From an uncultured Actinomycetes bacterium (GTDB lineage: Bacteria > Actinomycetota > Acidimicrobiia > Acidimicrobiales > SZUA-35), in NCBI GenBank assembly GCA_902826025.1, contig CADEDH010000009.1, positions 22,796 through 86,795 on the forward strand: a stretch of 64,000 nucleotides of DNA, given 5' to 3'. The notes below the pieces were generated by a model. It was not told where the DNA came from, searched no databases, and worked only from the letters and a program-made list of their open reading frames with translations. The number at the start of each line of letters is the position of its first letter. Position 1 is the first letter of the stretch. Shown here one piece after another: positions 25,987 through 34,490 of the stretch. The translations under genes and the position numbers were made by a program.

Positions 25987-26992
25987 CAACAGTCGAGGCG
26001 CCAATCCATTCGACGACGGCTGGGACGAGGACGGCTGGGACCTCTACGACGACGGCTCCGACGACGGCCGGTGGCCTCCCGACGACCAGTCCGACGACCA
26101 GTCCGGGTGGGCCGATGCCGAGCTCGACGGCCATGTCCGCCAGCGGCTGGCCACGCTGGTGCCGCTGCGCCACGAGGCGTTCGACCGCTGGGACGAGCTG
26201 CAGCCCCGCATGACCCGGGCCCGACGCCGTCGCCATGCCGTCCAGGCCCTGGCCACTTCCGTGCTGGTGGCGGCCATCGCCCTGGTCGGCGTGCAGGGAG
26301 CAACCCGGTTCCTACCCCAGGACACCTCGGTGGTCTCGGCGGCCGACGGCGGCGAGGGCATGTCCACCTCCGACTCGCAGCGTCCCATGGTGGGCATCGG
26401 CGAGGCGTCGAGCACGATCTCCGCCGACGGTGGCACCACCACTCCCCCGTCGGGCGACGCCACGGAGAAACCGGGAGGCGAGCCGGCCGACGGCGAGGCG
26501 GCACCCCCCGACGACGGCACGGGCACCGATGCCCCCGTCGGCGAGGAGACCAGCCTCCCGGTGGCCGACGAGCCCGGATCCGTTGCCGGCTCGTCGGCGC
26601 CGGTGAACGGCGGCTCGGCCGCCTCGTCGGTGAGCATCCCGCCGCCGACCACCACCACCGCTCCGACCAGCAGCCCCACGTCGCGGAGCACGAGCACAAC
26701 CCGGGCCCCGACGTCCACCACCTGGCCTTCGACGACCACCACCCGGGCCACCACCACGTCGACCACGGTCATCACGGCGCGTGACCTCTCCACCATCGAC
26801 GTGACCGTGCACGGCACCGAGATCCGCCTCGTCGCCATCCACAACGCACCGGGCGTGACCTCCCAGGTCCACAACGGTGGGCCGGAGAAGATCGAGATCA
26901 CCTTCACCAAGGGGTCCGAGAAGCACGACCTGGTCGCCACGGTGCGGAACGGCAACGTGGTCACGTCAATCGTCGACTCCGACGACGATTGA
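25976..26992 (+). CDS. Single-pass membrane protein in the anti-sigma position: acidic Trp-rich N-terminus, TM helix, Thr/Pro-rich linker and a ~68-aa C-terminal domain
   Basis: The ATG at 25976 (or 25958) overlaps the sigma gene end. The N-terminus is PFDDGWDEDGWDLYDDGSDDGRWPPDD, the TM helix is AVQALATSVLVAAIALVGV, the linker is TTTAPTSSPTSRSTSTTRAPTSTT, and the C-terminal block is IDVTVHGTEIRLVAIHN...ITFTKGSEKHDLVATVRNG. There is no zf-HC2 motif, so the anti-sigma role is inferred from position only. Confidence 0.7.
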   Translation: MGVDNSRGANPFDDGWDEDGWDLYDDGSDDGRWPPDDQSDDQSGWADAELDGHVRQRLATLVPLRHEAFDRWDELQPRMTRARRRRHAVQALATSVLVAAIALVGVQGATRFLPQDTSVVSAADGGEGMSTSDSQRPMVGIGEASSTISADGGTTTPPSGDATEKPGGEPADGEAAPPDDGTGTDAPVGEETSLPVADEPGSVAGSSAPVNGGSAASSVSIPPPTTTTAPTSSPTSRSTSTTRAPTSTTWPSTTTTRATTTSTTVITARDLSTIDVTVHGTEIRLVAIHNAPGVTSQVHNGGPEKIEITFTKGSEKHDLVATVRNGNVVTSIVDSDDD

Positions 26993-27074
26993 GCCCATCG
27001 CCCTGGGTGATTCTTCCCGCCCGAGCCAAACCAATCCCCCCTCGGGCGACGTCAGCCCTCACGGAAGGAGCACC

Positions 27075-27875
27075 GTGACCCCTCTACCAGGCGCAGTACA
27101 GAGCACCGGCCTCATCCTGGCCACCGTCCTCGCCGCCGCCGGCCTGAACCTCGGCGTCATGTCGCTGGGCCAGGCCGAAGGCGAGGGGGCCGACGTCGAG
27201 ACGGCGGCCACCCTCACCTCGGCCGACGCCGGCCTCCTGCCCCTCAGCGACACCGCCCCAGCGGCCGTCGATCCCGGCACCGTCACCACGGTGCTGCCCA
27301 CCGATCCGGCGGCGACCGGCTCCGCCCCTGGCAACGGGAGCACCCTGCCGGCCGGCACCGGCGTCGCCCCGGGCCTACCGGTCTCGTCCGGTACCAGCTC
27401 CAGCCCACCCATCGCCTCGAGCACGGCGGCACCGGCCGCCGCCAACACCGCACCAGCCAGCAGCCAGCAGATCACGGCCACCACCCGGCCGGCCAGCAGC
27501 CAGGCTACGAACACCCTTCCCCCGGCCACGGTGACCACCGCGCGGCCTACCGTCACCATCCCTTCCACCCCCTCCACCACGGCCCGGCCCACCACCACCG
27601 CCCTGCCCGCCACGAGCACCACCCGGGCCCCTCAGACCTCCACCTACGACCACATCGTCACCGGTGCCGGCTCGCTCACCGTGTCGGTCACCGACGGCGC
27701 CCGGCTCGGCCTGGTGTCGGCGAGCGAGGCCAGCGGTTGGTCGCACACCGTGGACACCAATCGGGCCGACCTGGTGAAGGTCGTGTTCACCCGACGGGGC
27801 AGCGAGATCGCCGTTTCGGTAACCCTCCGAAACGGCGTGCCGAACTTCACCGAGGAGCGAAGCAACGATGATTGA
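27075..27875 (+). CDS. Secreted or membrane-anchored Thr/Pro/Ala-rich protein whose C-terminal domain is paralogous to that of the preceding gene
   Basis: GTG 27075 is preceded by ggaagga, in the frame of ORF 26877..27875. The N-terminal hydrophobic segment is GLILATVLAAAGLNLGVMSLGQA. A long low-complexity region follows, and the C-terminal block is LTVSVTDGARLGLVSASE...VVFTRRGSEIAVSVTLRNG. Confidence 0.7.
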   Translation: MTPLPGAVQSTGLILATVLAAAGLNLGVMSLGQAEGEGADVETAATLTSADAGLLPLSDTAPAAVDPGTVTTVLPTDPAATGSAPGNGSTLPAGTGVAPGLPVSSGTSSSPPIASSTAAPAAANTAPASSQQITATTRPASSQATNTLPPATVTTARPTVTIPSTPSTTARPTTTALPATSTTRAPQTSTYDHIVTGAGSLTVSVTDGARLGLVSASEASGWSHTVDTNRADLVKVVFTRRGSEIAVSVTLRNGVPNFTEERSNDD

Positions 27876-28956
27876 CGAGCCCACGACCGAGGAGCGCCTG
27901 GCGGCCCTCCTCGCCCGCCGCTCCGGCCAGGCGGACAGCCGTCCGGCCGGCCGGAAGCCGAAGGGCGGGGTGGCCCCGATGCGCTCACGGCGGGCCCAGG
28001 ACGGGCCGCCGCCGCCGGTCGCCAGCACCCAGCCCATAGCCGCCACTGGGTTCGACCGGTCCTTTGATCGCTGGCCGGGCAGCTGGGACGACGCCCCGCA
28101 CCCAGCTGCTCCGGCTGGCCCATCATCGGGTGGCCCGTCCGGCGGGGTGTTCGACTTCGACACGCCCGGGTGGCCCGCCCCCGTTCAGGAACACCGTCCC
28201 GGCCCCACACGCAGCGGCCCGGCCCGCCGGCTCCTGGCCGACAACACGATGCCCCTGGCTGCCGTCCCGTCGTCCTCGATCGACGACGACGCCACCGTGG
28301 GCGACCGCCTGCGGGACAGCGCCGACCGCTGGATGAGATCCTGGTCACCCAGCCGGCTCGTGGCCAGCGGGGCGTCGGCGGTCTCGTTCGCCGCCATGGT
28401 CGTGGCCATGGGTCCCCTGCTCCAACCCGACGACGAGGCGACCACCGAGGCCGGCACCGGTGAGGCTGACGCCACCCTCGCCTCGGCCGTCGATGCCCCG
28501 GCGGTGAGCATCTCGGTCGATCCCCTGGCCGGAGCGCCTGGGACCCCACTCGACGCCACGGGCCAACCGGTACCCCTGTCGGCCACGGCCCCCGAAGGCG
28601 CTCTGCCCGCTACGGCGTCGTCGGTGACCGTGACCGGCGCCGCCTCGTCCACCGCGGCCAGCGCGGCCTCCACGGGGTCGACCACCAAGCCCGCGGCCGG
28701 CGGCCCCGCCAGCTCGGCCGCCCAGGGCACCACCCCGCCCTCGGCCGCTCCCACCACCCAGCCGCCGGCCACCGCCGCCCCCACCACGGCCAAGCCCGGC
28801 TCCTCGGCCGCTCCCACCACCCAGCCGCCGGCCACCGCCGCCCCCACCACGCAGGCCCCCACCACGGCCGCTCCCACCACCCAGCCCCCTACCACGCAGC
28901 CGCCCACCACGGCCAAGCCCACCACCACGGCACCCCCCACCACCAAGGGGAGTTGA
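27868..28956 (+). CDS. Single-pass membrane protein with an extracytoplasmic Ala/Pro/Thr tandem-repeat tail
   Basis: ORF of 362 aa. Its ATG overlaps the previous gene by 8 nt. There is a central TM helix, ASGASAVSFAAMVVAMGPLL. The tail consists of 21-aa repeats, SAAPTTQPPATAAPTT.... Confidence 0.65.
   Translation: MIDEPTTEERLAALLARRSGQADSRPAGRKPKGGVAPMRSRRAQDGPPPPVASTQPIAATGFDRSFDRWPGSWDDAPHPAAPAGPSSGGPSGGVFDFDTPGWPAPVQEHRPGPTRSGPARRLLADNTMPLAAVPSSSIDDDATVGDRLRDSADRWMRSWSPSRLVASGASAVSFAAMVVAMGPLLQPDDEATTEAGTGEADATLASAVDAPAVSISVDPLAGAPGTPLDATGQPVPLSATAPEGALPATASSVTVTGAASSTAASAASTGSTTKPAAGGPASSAAQGTTPPSAAPTTQPPATAAPTTAKPGSSAAPTTQPPATAAPTTQAPTTAAPTTQPPTTQPPTTAKPTTTAPPTTKGS
28741..28920. repeat. 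In-frame 63-nt tandem repeat (~2.9 copies) inside the CDS 27868..28956
   Basis: The 48-mer tcggccgctcccaccacccagccgccggccaccgccgcccccaccacg occurs identically at 28741-28788 and 28804-28851. A degenerate third copy starts near 28867. The unit encodes SAAPTTQPPATAAPTT. Confidence 0.85.
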
Positions 28957-28958
28957 CG

Positions 28959-30116
28959 ATGCCGACCCGCAGCGAGGGCGGGCCCGCATCCTCCATCGTC
29001 TCCCCCTGCCGCCCGCTGCCCGCCGACGGCCCGGCCCGCGGGACCATCCGCACCCTCCCGCGGGCCGAGGAGCCGTCGCTCCCCGGTCGGCCCCTGGAGG
29101 CCGACCGACTCCCGCCGGCGCCCGACCTGGTCCCGGTGGCCACCGTCGCCTTCGAAGCCCTCGGCACATCGTGCCGGGTGGTCGTTGGCGGATCCGGCGA
29201 CGACGCCGGCCTGGCGGCGGCCGCCGCGGAACAGGTACGTCAGCTGGAGCGCCGCTGGAGCCGCTTCCTCCCCGACAGCGAGATCTGTGGGCTGAACCGC
29301 CATCGGGGGCGGCTGACGATCGTGTCGGCGGCCACGTTCGAGTTGGTCCAGCGGGCCGAGCAGGCCCGGGTGGTCACCGGCGGCCGGTTCAACCCGCTAC
29401 TTCTCGATCAGCTCGAAGCGGCCGGCTACCGCCGGTCGTGGCTGGGCGGTGGCCAGCCCGGGCCCGCCGGCGGCGCCGACGAGGTCGAGCCGGTGCCCGG
29501 CAGCGGCGACCCGATTGAACTGCTGGCCGAGGTCAACGGGGTGCGGCTGCCCGCCGGCACCCGATTCGACCCGGGCGGCATCGGCAAAGGCCTGGCCGTG
29601 GACCGGGTCACCGGATGGTGCCGGGTCGAAGGGGCCACCACGGTCTGCGTCGACCTGGGCGGAGACCTCCGGGTGCACGGCCAGCCGTGGTACGGCCCCC
29701 GCTGGCGGATCGGGGTCGACCATCCGCTCGCCCCGGGCACCGAGCTGGGCGCGTTCACCCCCGACAGTGGGGCGGTCACCACGAGCACCACCCTGCGTCG
29801 GTCCTGGCCTGGTCCCGGCGGCCAACGCCTCCATCACCTGATCGACCCGACCACCGGGCGCCCGTCGTCCACGGACGTGGTGGCCGTCACCACCTGCTCC
29901 TCGCAGGCCTGGTGGGCCGAGGTGGCGGCCAAGGCCGCCCTCCTGGCCGGGGCGGCCAATTCCCTCGGGGTACTGGCTGACATGGGCACCCCGGGCATCG
30001 TGGTGACAGCCGGAGGCGACATCCTCCGGTGGAACGGCGACCGACCCCCGGGCGACGACGAACGACACAGCGAGCGCGCCACCAGCGGTGGCGGCGCAGG
30101 AAGGACGGCGGCATGA
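28959..30116 (+). CDS. apbE: FAD:protein FMN transferase (ApbE family)
   Basis: ALGTSCRVVV, FLPDSEICGLNR, GGRFNP, FDPGGIGKGLAVDRV, VDLGGDL, AVTTSTT and HHLIDPTTGRP are the conserved ApbE blocks. The start is ATG 28959 or TTG 28953, the latter overlapping the upstream stop. Confidence 0.88.
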   Translation: MPTRSEGGPASSIVSPCRPLPADGPARGTIRTLPRAEEPSLPGRPLEADRLPPAPDLVPVATVAFEALGTSCRVVVGGSGDDAGLAAAAAEQVRQLERRWSRFLPDSEICGLNRHRGRLTIVSAATFELVQRAEQARVVTGGRFNPLLLDQLEAAGYRRSWLGGGQPGPAGGADEVEPVPGSGDPIELLAEVNGVRLPAGTRFDPGGIGKGLAVDRVTGWCRVEGATTVCVDLGGDLRVHGQPWYGPRWRIGVDHPLAPGTELGAFTPDSGAVTTSTTLRRSWPGPGGQRLHHLIDPTTGRPSSTDVVAVTTCSSQAWWAEVAAKAALLAGAANSLGVLADMGTPGIVVTAGGDILRWNGDRPPGDDERHSERATSGGGAGRTAA

Positions 30117-30733
30117 ACCCGCAGATCTGGTGGTTCGCCGCCCGCTCAGGTGGCATCGTGGCCTGGGCCCTCGTTACGGCATCGGTCTGCTGGGGGCTGA
30201 TGCTCTCCACCAAGGCAGCGTCGAAGGCCAGCCCCCCGGCCAAGCTGCTCGACCTGCACCGGTTCTTCGGCATGGCCGCCCTGCTGTTCACCGGCGTCCA
30301 TATCGCCGGGCTCGTGGCCGACACCTACGTCCACTTCGGCTGGCTCGAGGTGCTGGTGCCATGGGCTTCGGAGTGGCAGCCCACCAACGTGGCCTGGGGT
30401 GTGATCGGCTTCTACCTGCTGGTGGCGGTGGAACTCACGTCGCTGGTGATGAAGCGGATTCCACGGGCCCTGTGGCGCCAGATCCACCGCACCAGCTTCG
30501 GGTTGTACGTGTTCGCCACGTATCACGGCATGACGGCCGGCTCCGACACGTCCAACCAATGGTACCGGATGGTGATGCTGGCCTCGATCAACGTGGTGGC
30601 CTTCCTCACCATCCTCGCCATCCTGGCCCATCGCCAGGCCGGCAACCGCCAGGTGCGCTCGGTGGGCCGGCCAGGCGCCCGGGGCGAAGCCGACCGGCCC
30701 CGGCCGGCGTCTCGCCAGGCTCGGGCCAGCTGA
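30113..30733 (+). CDS. Ferric-reductase-like transmembrane (di-heme, MsrQ/YedZ-like) protein
   Basis: ATG 30113 overlaps the apbE stop (ATGA). The product has 6 predicted TM helices with paired His residues: LHRFFGMAALLFTGVHIAG and IHRTSFGLYVFATYHG. Confidence 0.75.
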   Translation: MNPQIWWFAARSGGIVAWALVTASVCWGLMLSTKAASKASPPAKLLDLHRFFGMAALLFTGVHIAGLVADTYVHFGWLEVLVPWASEWQPTNVAWGVIGFYLLVAVELTSLVMKRIPRALWRQIHRTSFGLYVFATYHGMTAGSDTSNQWYRMVMLASINVVAFLTILAILAHRQAGNRQVRSVGRPGARGEADRPRPASRQARAS

Positions 30734-30811
30734 CGGCGGTCGCCGCCCCGGGGCGGCAGACAGATCGTTTCAACCTGAACTCAACGTCCGTCGTTGTCTA
30801 GGCTCCCGGGC

Positions 30812-32284
30812 GTGACCACTCGCCTCACTCTTTCCTCCGGAGTCATCGAAGGAACCCGCCTCGACACCGGCGTCACCGCCTACCTCGGCGTGCCCTATGC
30901 CGCTCCGCCGGTCGGCGACCGGCGGTTCCGGCCGCCAGCGCCGGTCGAGCCGTGGGACGGCGTGCGGTCGGCCACCGCGCTCGCCCCGGCGCCCATGCAG
31001 GGCGCCCCGTCCCCCGGACGGTTCCTGGCCGACCTGTCGTCACCCCACAAGAGCGAGGACTGCCTCAACCTCAACGTGTGGACCCCCAGCGCCGACCCGG
31101 AGGCCCGGCTACCGGTGATGGTGTGGATCTACGGCGGGGCGTTCGTGGCCGGCTCCAATGGCGTCCCGGCCTACGACGGGGCCCGGCTGGCCGCCCGGGG
31201 CGTGGTGGTGGTGAGCGTCAACTACCGCCTCGGGCTGCTGGGGTGGCTGCGTTGCCCGGCCATCGGGGCCAGCGGCAACGAGGCTCTGGCCGACCAGCGG
31301 GCGGCGCTCGACTGGGTCCAACGCGAGATCGCCGGTTTCGGCGGCGACCCCGCCAACGTGACCGTGTTCGGCGAGTCGGCCGGGGCCACCTCCATCGCCT
31401 CCCACCTGGCCGCCGGGGCCACCGGCGGCTTCACCCGGGCCGTTCTCCAATCGGGCTCGTACAACCTGGTCTCTTCCGTGGCCGAGGCCGACGACACCGC
31501 AGGCCGGGTGCTGGCCCACCTCGGGGTATCAGCCGACAAGCTGCGGGAGCTGCCGGTGGAGACCCTGATGGCGGCCCAGGACGCGGCCACTCCCCGGTCG
31601 GGCGGCGTCTTCTACCGCCCGGTGACCGACGGAGGTCTGGTGCCCGAGGACCCGGGCGGGGTGCTGGCGGCCGGGCTCGGCGTCCCGGTGCTGTGTGGCA
31701 CCAACCGTCACGAGATGGGCTTCTTCTGGGGCCGCGACGAGCGCTTCGACCAGGTGACCGACGACCAGCTGCGCTCCCTGGTGGGCCGGTGGCACGAGCA
31801 TCCCGACGATGTGGTGTCGACCTACCGGCGGGCCCGCACCCTGTCCCGGGAGCCGGTGGGCAATCGCGACCTGGCCATCGCCATCGGATCAGATTGGACG
31901 TTCCGGGCCGCCTCGGTCGCCGTGGCCGGATGGCAGGCGGCGTCGGGCCCGGCCCACATGTACCGCTTCGACTGGGAGAGCCCCCTGTTCGACGGCCTCA
32001 TCGGAGCGGCCCACGTGCTCGAGGTGCCGTTCGTGTTCGGCACCTACGACCACCCAACGATCGCCGGCTTCACCGGGTACGACCGCTGCCCCGAACAGGT
32101 GGCGGCGCTGTCGGACGAGATGGCCAGGGCGTGGGTGGCCTACGCCACCGACGGCAACCCGGGTTGGCCCCGCTACGACAACCGGCGCCGGGTCACCCGC
32201 ACCTTCGGCGGCCCCCGCAAGACGATGGACGGCCCCAACCACCTCGAGCTCGCTCTCTGGGATCCCCGCCACCTCCACCGGTGA
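30812..32284 (+). CDS. Type B carboxylesterase / lipase (para-nitrobenzyl-esterase-like)
   Basis: YLGVPYAAPPVG, EDCLNLNVW, GGAFVAGS and the nucleophile elbow FGESAGA are present. I set the start at GTG 30812; the track start TTG 30794 is possible. Confidence 0.92.
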   Translation: MTTRLTLSSGVIEGTRLDTGVTAYLGVPYAAPPVGDRRFRPPAPVEPWDGVRSATALAPAPMQGAPSPGRFLADLSSPHKSEDCLNLNVWTPSADPEARLPVMVWIYGGAFVAGSNGVPAYDGARLAARGVVVVSVNYRLGLLGWLRCPAIGASGNEALADQRAALDWVQREIAGFGGDPANVTVFGESAGATSIASHLAAGATGGFTRAVLQSGSYNLVSSVAEADDTAGRVLAHLGVSADKLRELPVETLMAAQDAATPRSGGVFYRPVTDGGLVPEDPGGVLAAGLGVPVLCGTNRHEMGFFWGRDERFDQVTDDQLRSLVGRWHEHPDDVVSTYRRARTLSREPVGNRDLAIAIGSDWTFRAASVAVAGWQAASGPAHMYRFDWESPLFDGLIGAAHVLEVPFVFGTYDHPTIAGFTGYDRCPEQVAALSDEMARAWVAYATDGNPGWPRYDNRRRVTRTFGGPRKTMDGPNHLELALWDPRHLHR

Positions 32285-32353
32285 TGCGATGCCCTCGGGC
32301 GACGCGAGACACCTCGGGAGCGCAACCACATCGCCGTCGCCCCGCGATGGCCG

Positions 32354-33541
32354 TCAGCTCTTGGCTCGCGTCACCCGGCTCATGGGTACGGTCCGGGCCA
32401 GGTTCTCCACCCGGTGGTGCTCCACCACCAACATGGCCAGCAGGACGGCGTCCACCGCCATCAACACCAGCACCCCGTCCAGACGGGAGACGGCGGCGAT
32501 GACGGCCACCAGCGCGGCGGCCGCCACCAGCCGCTCCACCGCCAGCGCCCCGAAGGCCCGGACCACCGCCAGCACCACCCCCAGCAGGTAGAGCACGAGG
32601 CCGGCCCCCAGGTGGACCAGTGACGGCACGGCGATCGGCTCACCCGGATGGAGGGTGATCGTCTTCAGGCCCGCGGTACACAGGATCACCCCCGCCACCA
32701 GCGGGTAGTGGGCATAGGTGTACACGTCCCGGGCGAACCGGCCCCGGAGCTGACCCCCCTCCAGCGCCTCGTGTCGGTGCTCCAGCGCCGGCAACGGACG
32801 GTCGAAGTAACCCCACCACAACAGGCCGGCGAACACGCCGGCCGCCACCAGAGCGACCAGGTTGGCCGGGGCCACTCCCTCGTTGTCGGCCAGGGCGTTG
32901 GTGAGCGGTAGGCCCAGGGCCACGATCACCTCCCCCAGCGCCACGATCACGATGAGCCCGTGCCGCTCGGCGAAGTGCCCGGGGCGGACCAGCCACTCAC
33001 TCTGCCCGGCGCCGATCGTGCCGGCTATGACGATCACCATGGCCGCCGACCACGACACCACCCGCGAGGTGAAGGGCACGAAGCCGCCGGCCACCATGAG
33101 CGTGATGGCGATCCAGTTGGGAATCGAGTACCGCACGATCGAGGCCCGGACCACGGGCTCGTCGCCCAGCCCGCTGATCATCGTGAACAGGCCCATGGCC
33201 AGGATCACCGACGCCGACAGGGCGAAGGCCGCGCCACCGGCGGCGTACGCCCCCACCACCGATGCGGCCATGGGGATGCTGGCCACGGTGGCCACCAGGA
33301 ACAGCAGCCGCACCGGGCGGCTGTTGCCGGCCACGGCATTGGCCGACCACGTGAACTGGGTCCACGGCAGCCACACCATCGTGAACAGGAGCACGAACTC
33401 GGCGGCGCCGGCCCAGGTCGGGTGGGTGACCAGAAAGGACACCAGCTGGGAGAAGGCGAACACGAACACCAGGTCGAAGAACAGCTCGCCGGCATCGGCG
33501 GCGAAGTCTTCCTCACGCTCGGGGACGGGAACGCCTCGCAT
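32354..33541 (-). CDS. Low-temperature-requirement A (LtrA) family membrane protein
   Basis: ORF of 395 aa. The N-terminal ELFFDLVFVFAFSQL signature is followed by a polytopic hydrophobic body. Confidence 0.85.
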   Translation of the reverse strand: MRGVPVPEREEDFAADAGELFFDLVFVFAFSQLVSFLVTHPTWAGAAEFVLLFTMVWLPWTQFTWSANAVAGNSRPVRLLFLVATVASIPMAASVVGAYAAGGAAFALSASVILAMGLFTMISGLGDEPVVRASIVRYSIPNWIAITLMVAGGFVPFTSRVVSWSAAMVIVIAGTIGAGQSEWLVRPGHFAERHGLIVIVALGEVIVALGLPLTNALADNEGVAPANLVALVAAGVFAGLLWWGYFDRPLPALEHRHEALEGGQLRGRFARDVYTYAHYPLVAGVILCTAGLKTITLHPGEPIAVPSLVHLGAGLVLYLLGVVLAVVRAFGALAVERLVAAAALVAVIAAVSRLDGVLVLMAVDAVLLAMLVVEHHRVENLARTVPMSRVTRAKS

Positions 33542-33596
33542 CAGGCGATGATGGTACTGCTGCGCCGGGGGCGGGGGCCCGGTGCCCCAACGGCCG

Positions 33597-34244
33597 TCAG
33601 CGGAGGTTCGGCCATCCGGTCTCTTCGTACCGTCCCACGTGGACCTCGAGGGACTCGTCGCCGTCGAGTTCGATCACCGCTCCCGTGAACCGGTCGACGA
33701 GGAGTGGCCGGGCTTCGTACCGATCGGCCAGACGGTTCGCCGGGTCGCCCGACGAGAAGGCCCAGCCCCAAGGGTGCTCCTCGACGGGGTCGACGACCAC
33801 CGAGCGCTGCGGCGCTGAGCGCACCCGGCGCGACCGCACGGCGTCCCGAGCAGCGGCCTGGGTGATCGGTGTCAGCCGAAGCGCATCGGGGTCGAGCCGG
33901 TCGTAGAACCGGAGGGCGTCGTCGGCCCGGCCGGCCCGGGCGAGGGCGTCGACCTTGCGGCTCAGACCGGTGACCCGCTCGAAGGCGGCGAACTCCTCGC
34001 CCGACGCCGTGGGGTAGGCCAGCACGACCGCCGCCAGCCCTATGGTCGCAGCGGCCTGGGCTGCCCGGGACGGATAGCCGGACGTGTAGCGCTCCATGTG
34101 TTCGACGGCGAACGGCTCGACGCTCCAGTGCTGCAGGATCGCCTTGAACACCTCGAGCCGACTCATCCCCTGCGACTCGGCGAGCAGGCCCGCCTCGAGG
34201 GCGGAGCATCCAGCGGCACGCATCGTCTCGAAGTCGACCGTCAT
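33597..34244 (-). CDS. Hypothetical protein; the C-terminal ~70 aa resemble YrhB/immunity-protein-like domains
   Basis: Lies within ORF 33597..34316, with the start at ATG 34244 (MTVDFETM). The C-terminus reads EEHPWGWAFSSGDPANRLADRYEARPLLVDRFTGAVIEL. The family assignment is weak. Confidence 0.5.
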   Translation of the reverse strand: MTVDFETMRAAGCSALEAGLLAESQGMSRLEVFKAILQHWSVEPFAVEHMERYTSGYPSRAAQAAATIGLAAVVLAYPTASGEEFAAFERVTGLSRKVDALARAGRADDALRFYDRLDPDALRLTPITQAAARDAVRSRRVRSAPQRSVVVDPVEEHPWGWAFSSGDPANRLADRYEARPLLVDRFTGAVIELDGDESLEVHVGRYEETGWPNLR

Positions 34245-34490
34245 CTCGGCCTTGCAGCTCCCTGGGTCTGGTGCCAGCGGCCGTCGCAAGTGAGGAATCA
34301 GACCAGAACGTCCCAAGAGGTAGCGTCCGGCCCACCAACGCCGCTACCTTAGCAGCCGCGCGGTAACGGCGGGTACCTGCGCCGGCCCCGGCCTACCCGG
34401 GAGCGGCTGCCGACCTGCCAGTGACATCCCTGGGCGGTAAACGGAGAGGTGGAGGGGCGGGCGGGTCGTCTGGTCCAACCGCGATCGATC

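Noticed and set aside
27648-27674. DHIVTGAGS in the second envelope protein as an ApbE flavinylation site. VQGAT at the TM edge of the first protein, SGAS in the third and SASGAT in the 53856 protein were also considered.
   Set aside because: None fits the D-x-x-[S/T]-G-A-[T/S] consensus. The first has an extra residue and Gly at the acceptor position. The SGAS lies in or next to a TM helix on the predicted cytoplasmic side. The others lack the acidic residue. I keep them only as items to test, not as claims.
28741-28920. Regularly spaced repeats (here and at 55263-55322) considered as a possible CRISPR array.
   Set aside because: The repeats are in frame inside CDSs. They encode Pro/Thr/Ala or Asp/Ser/Pro low-complexity peptides with periods of 63 and 15 nt. 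There are no unique spacers and no cas genes.
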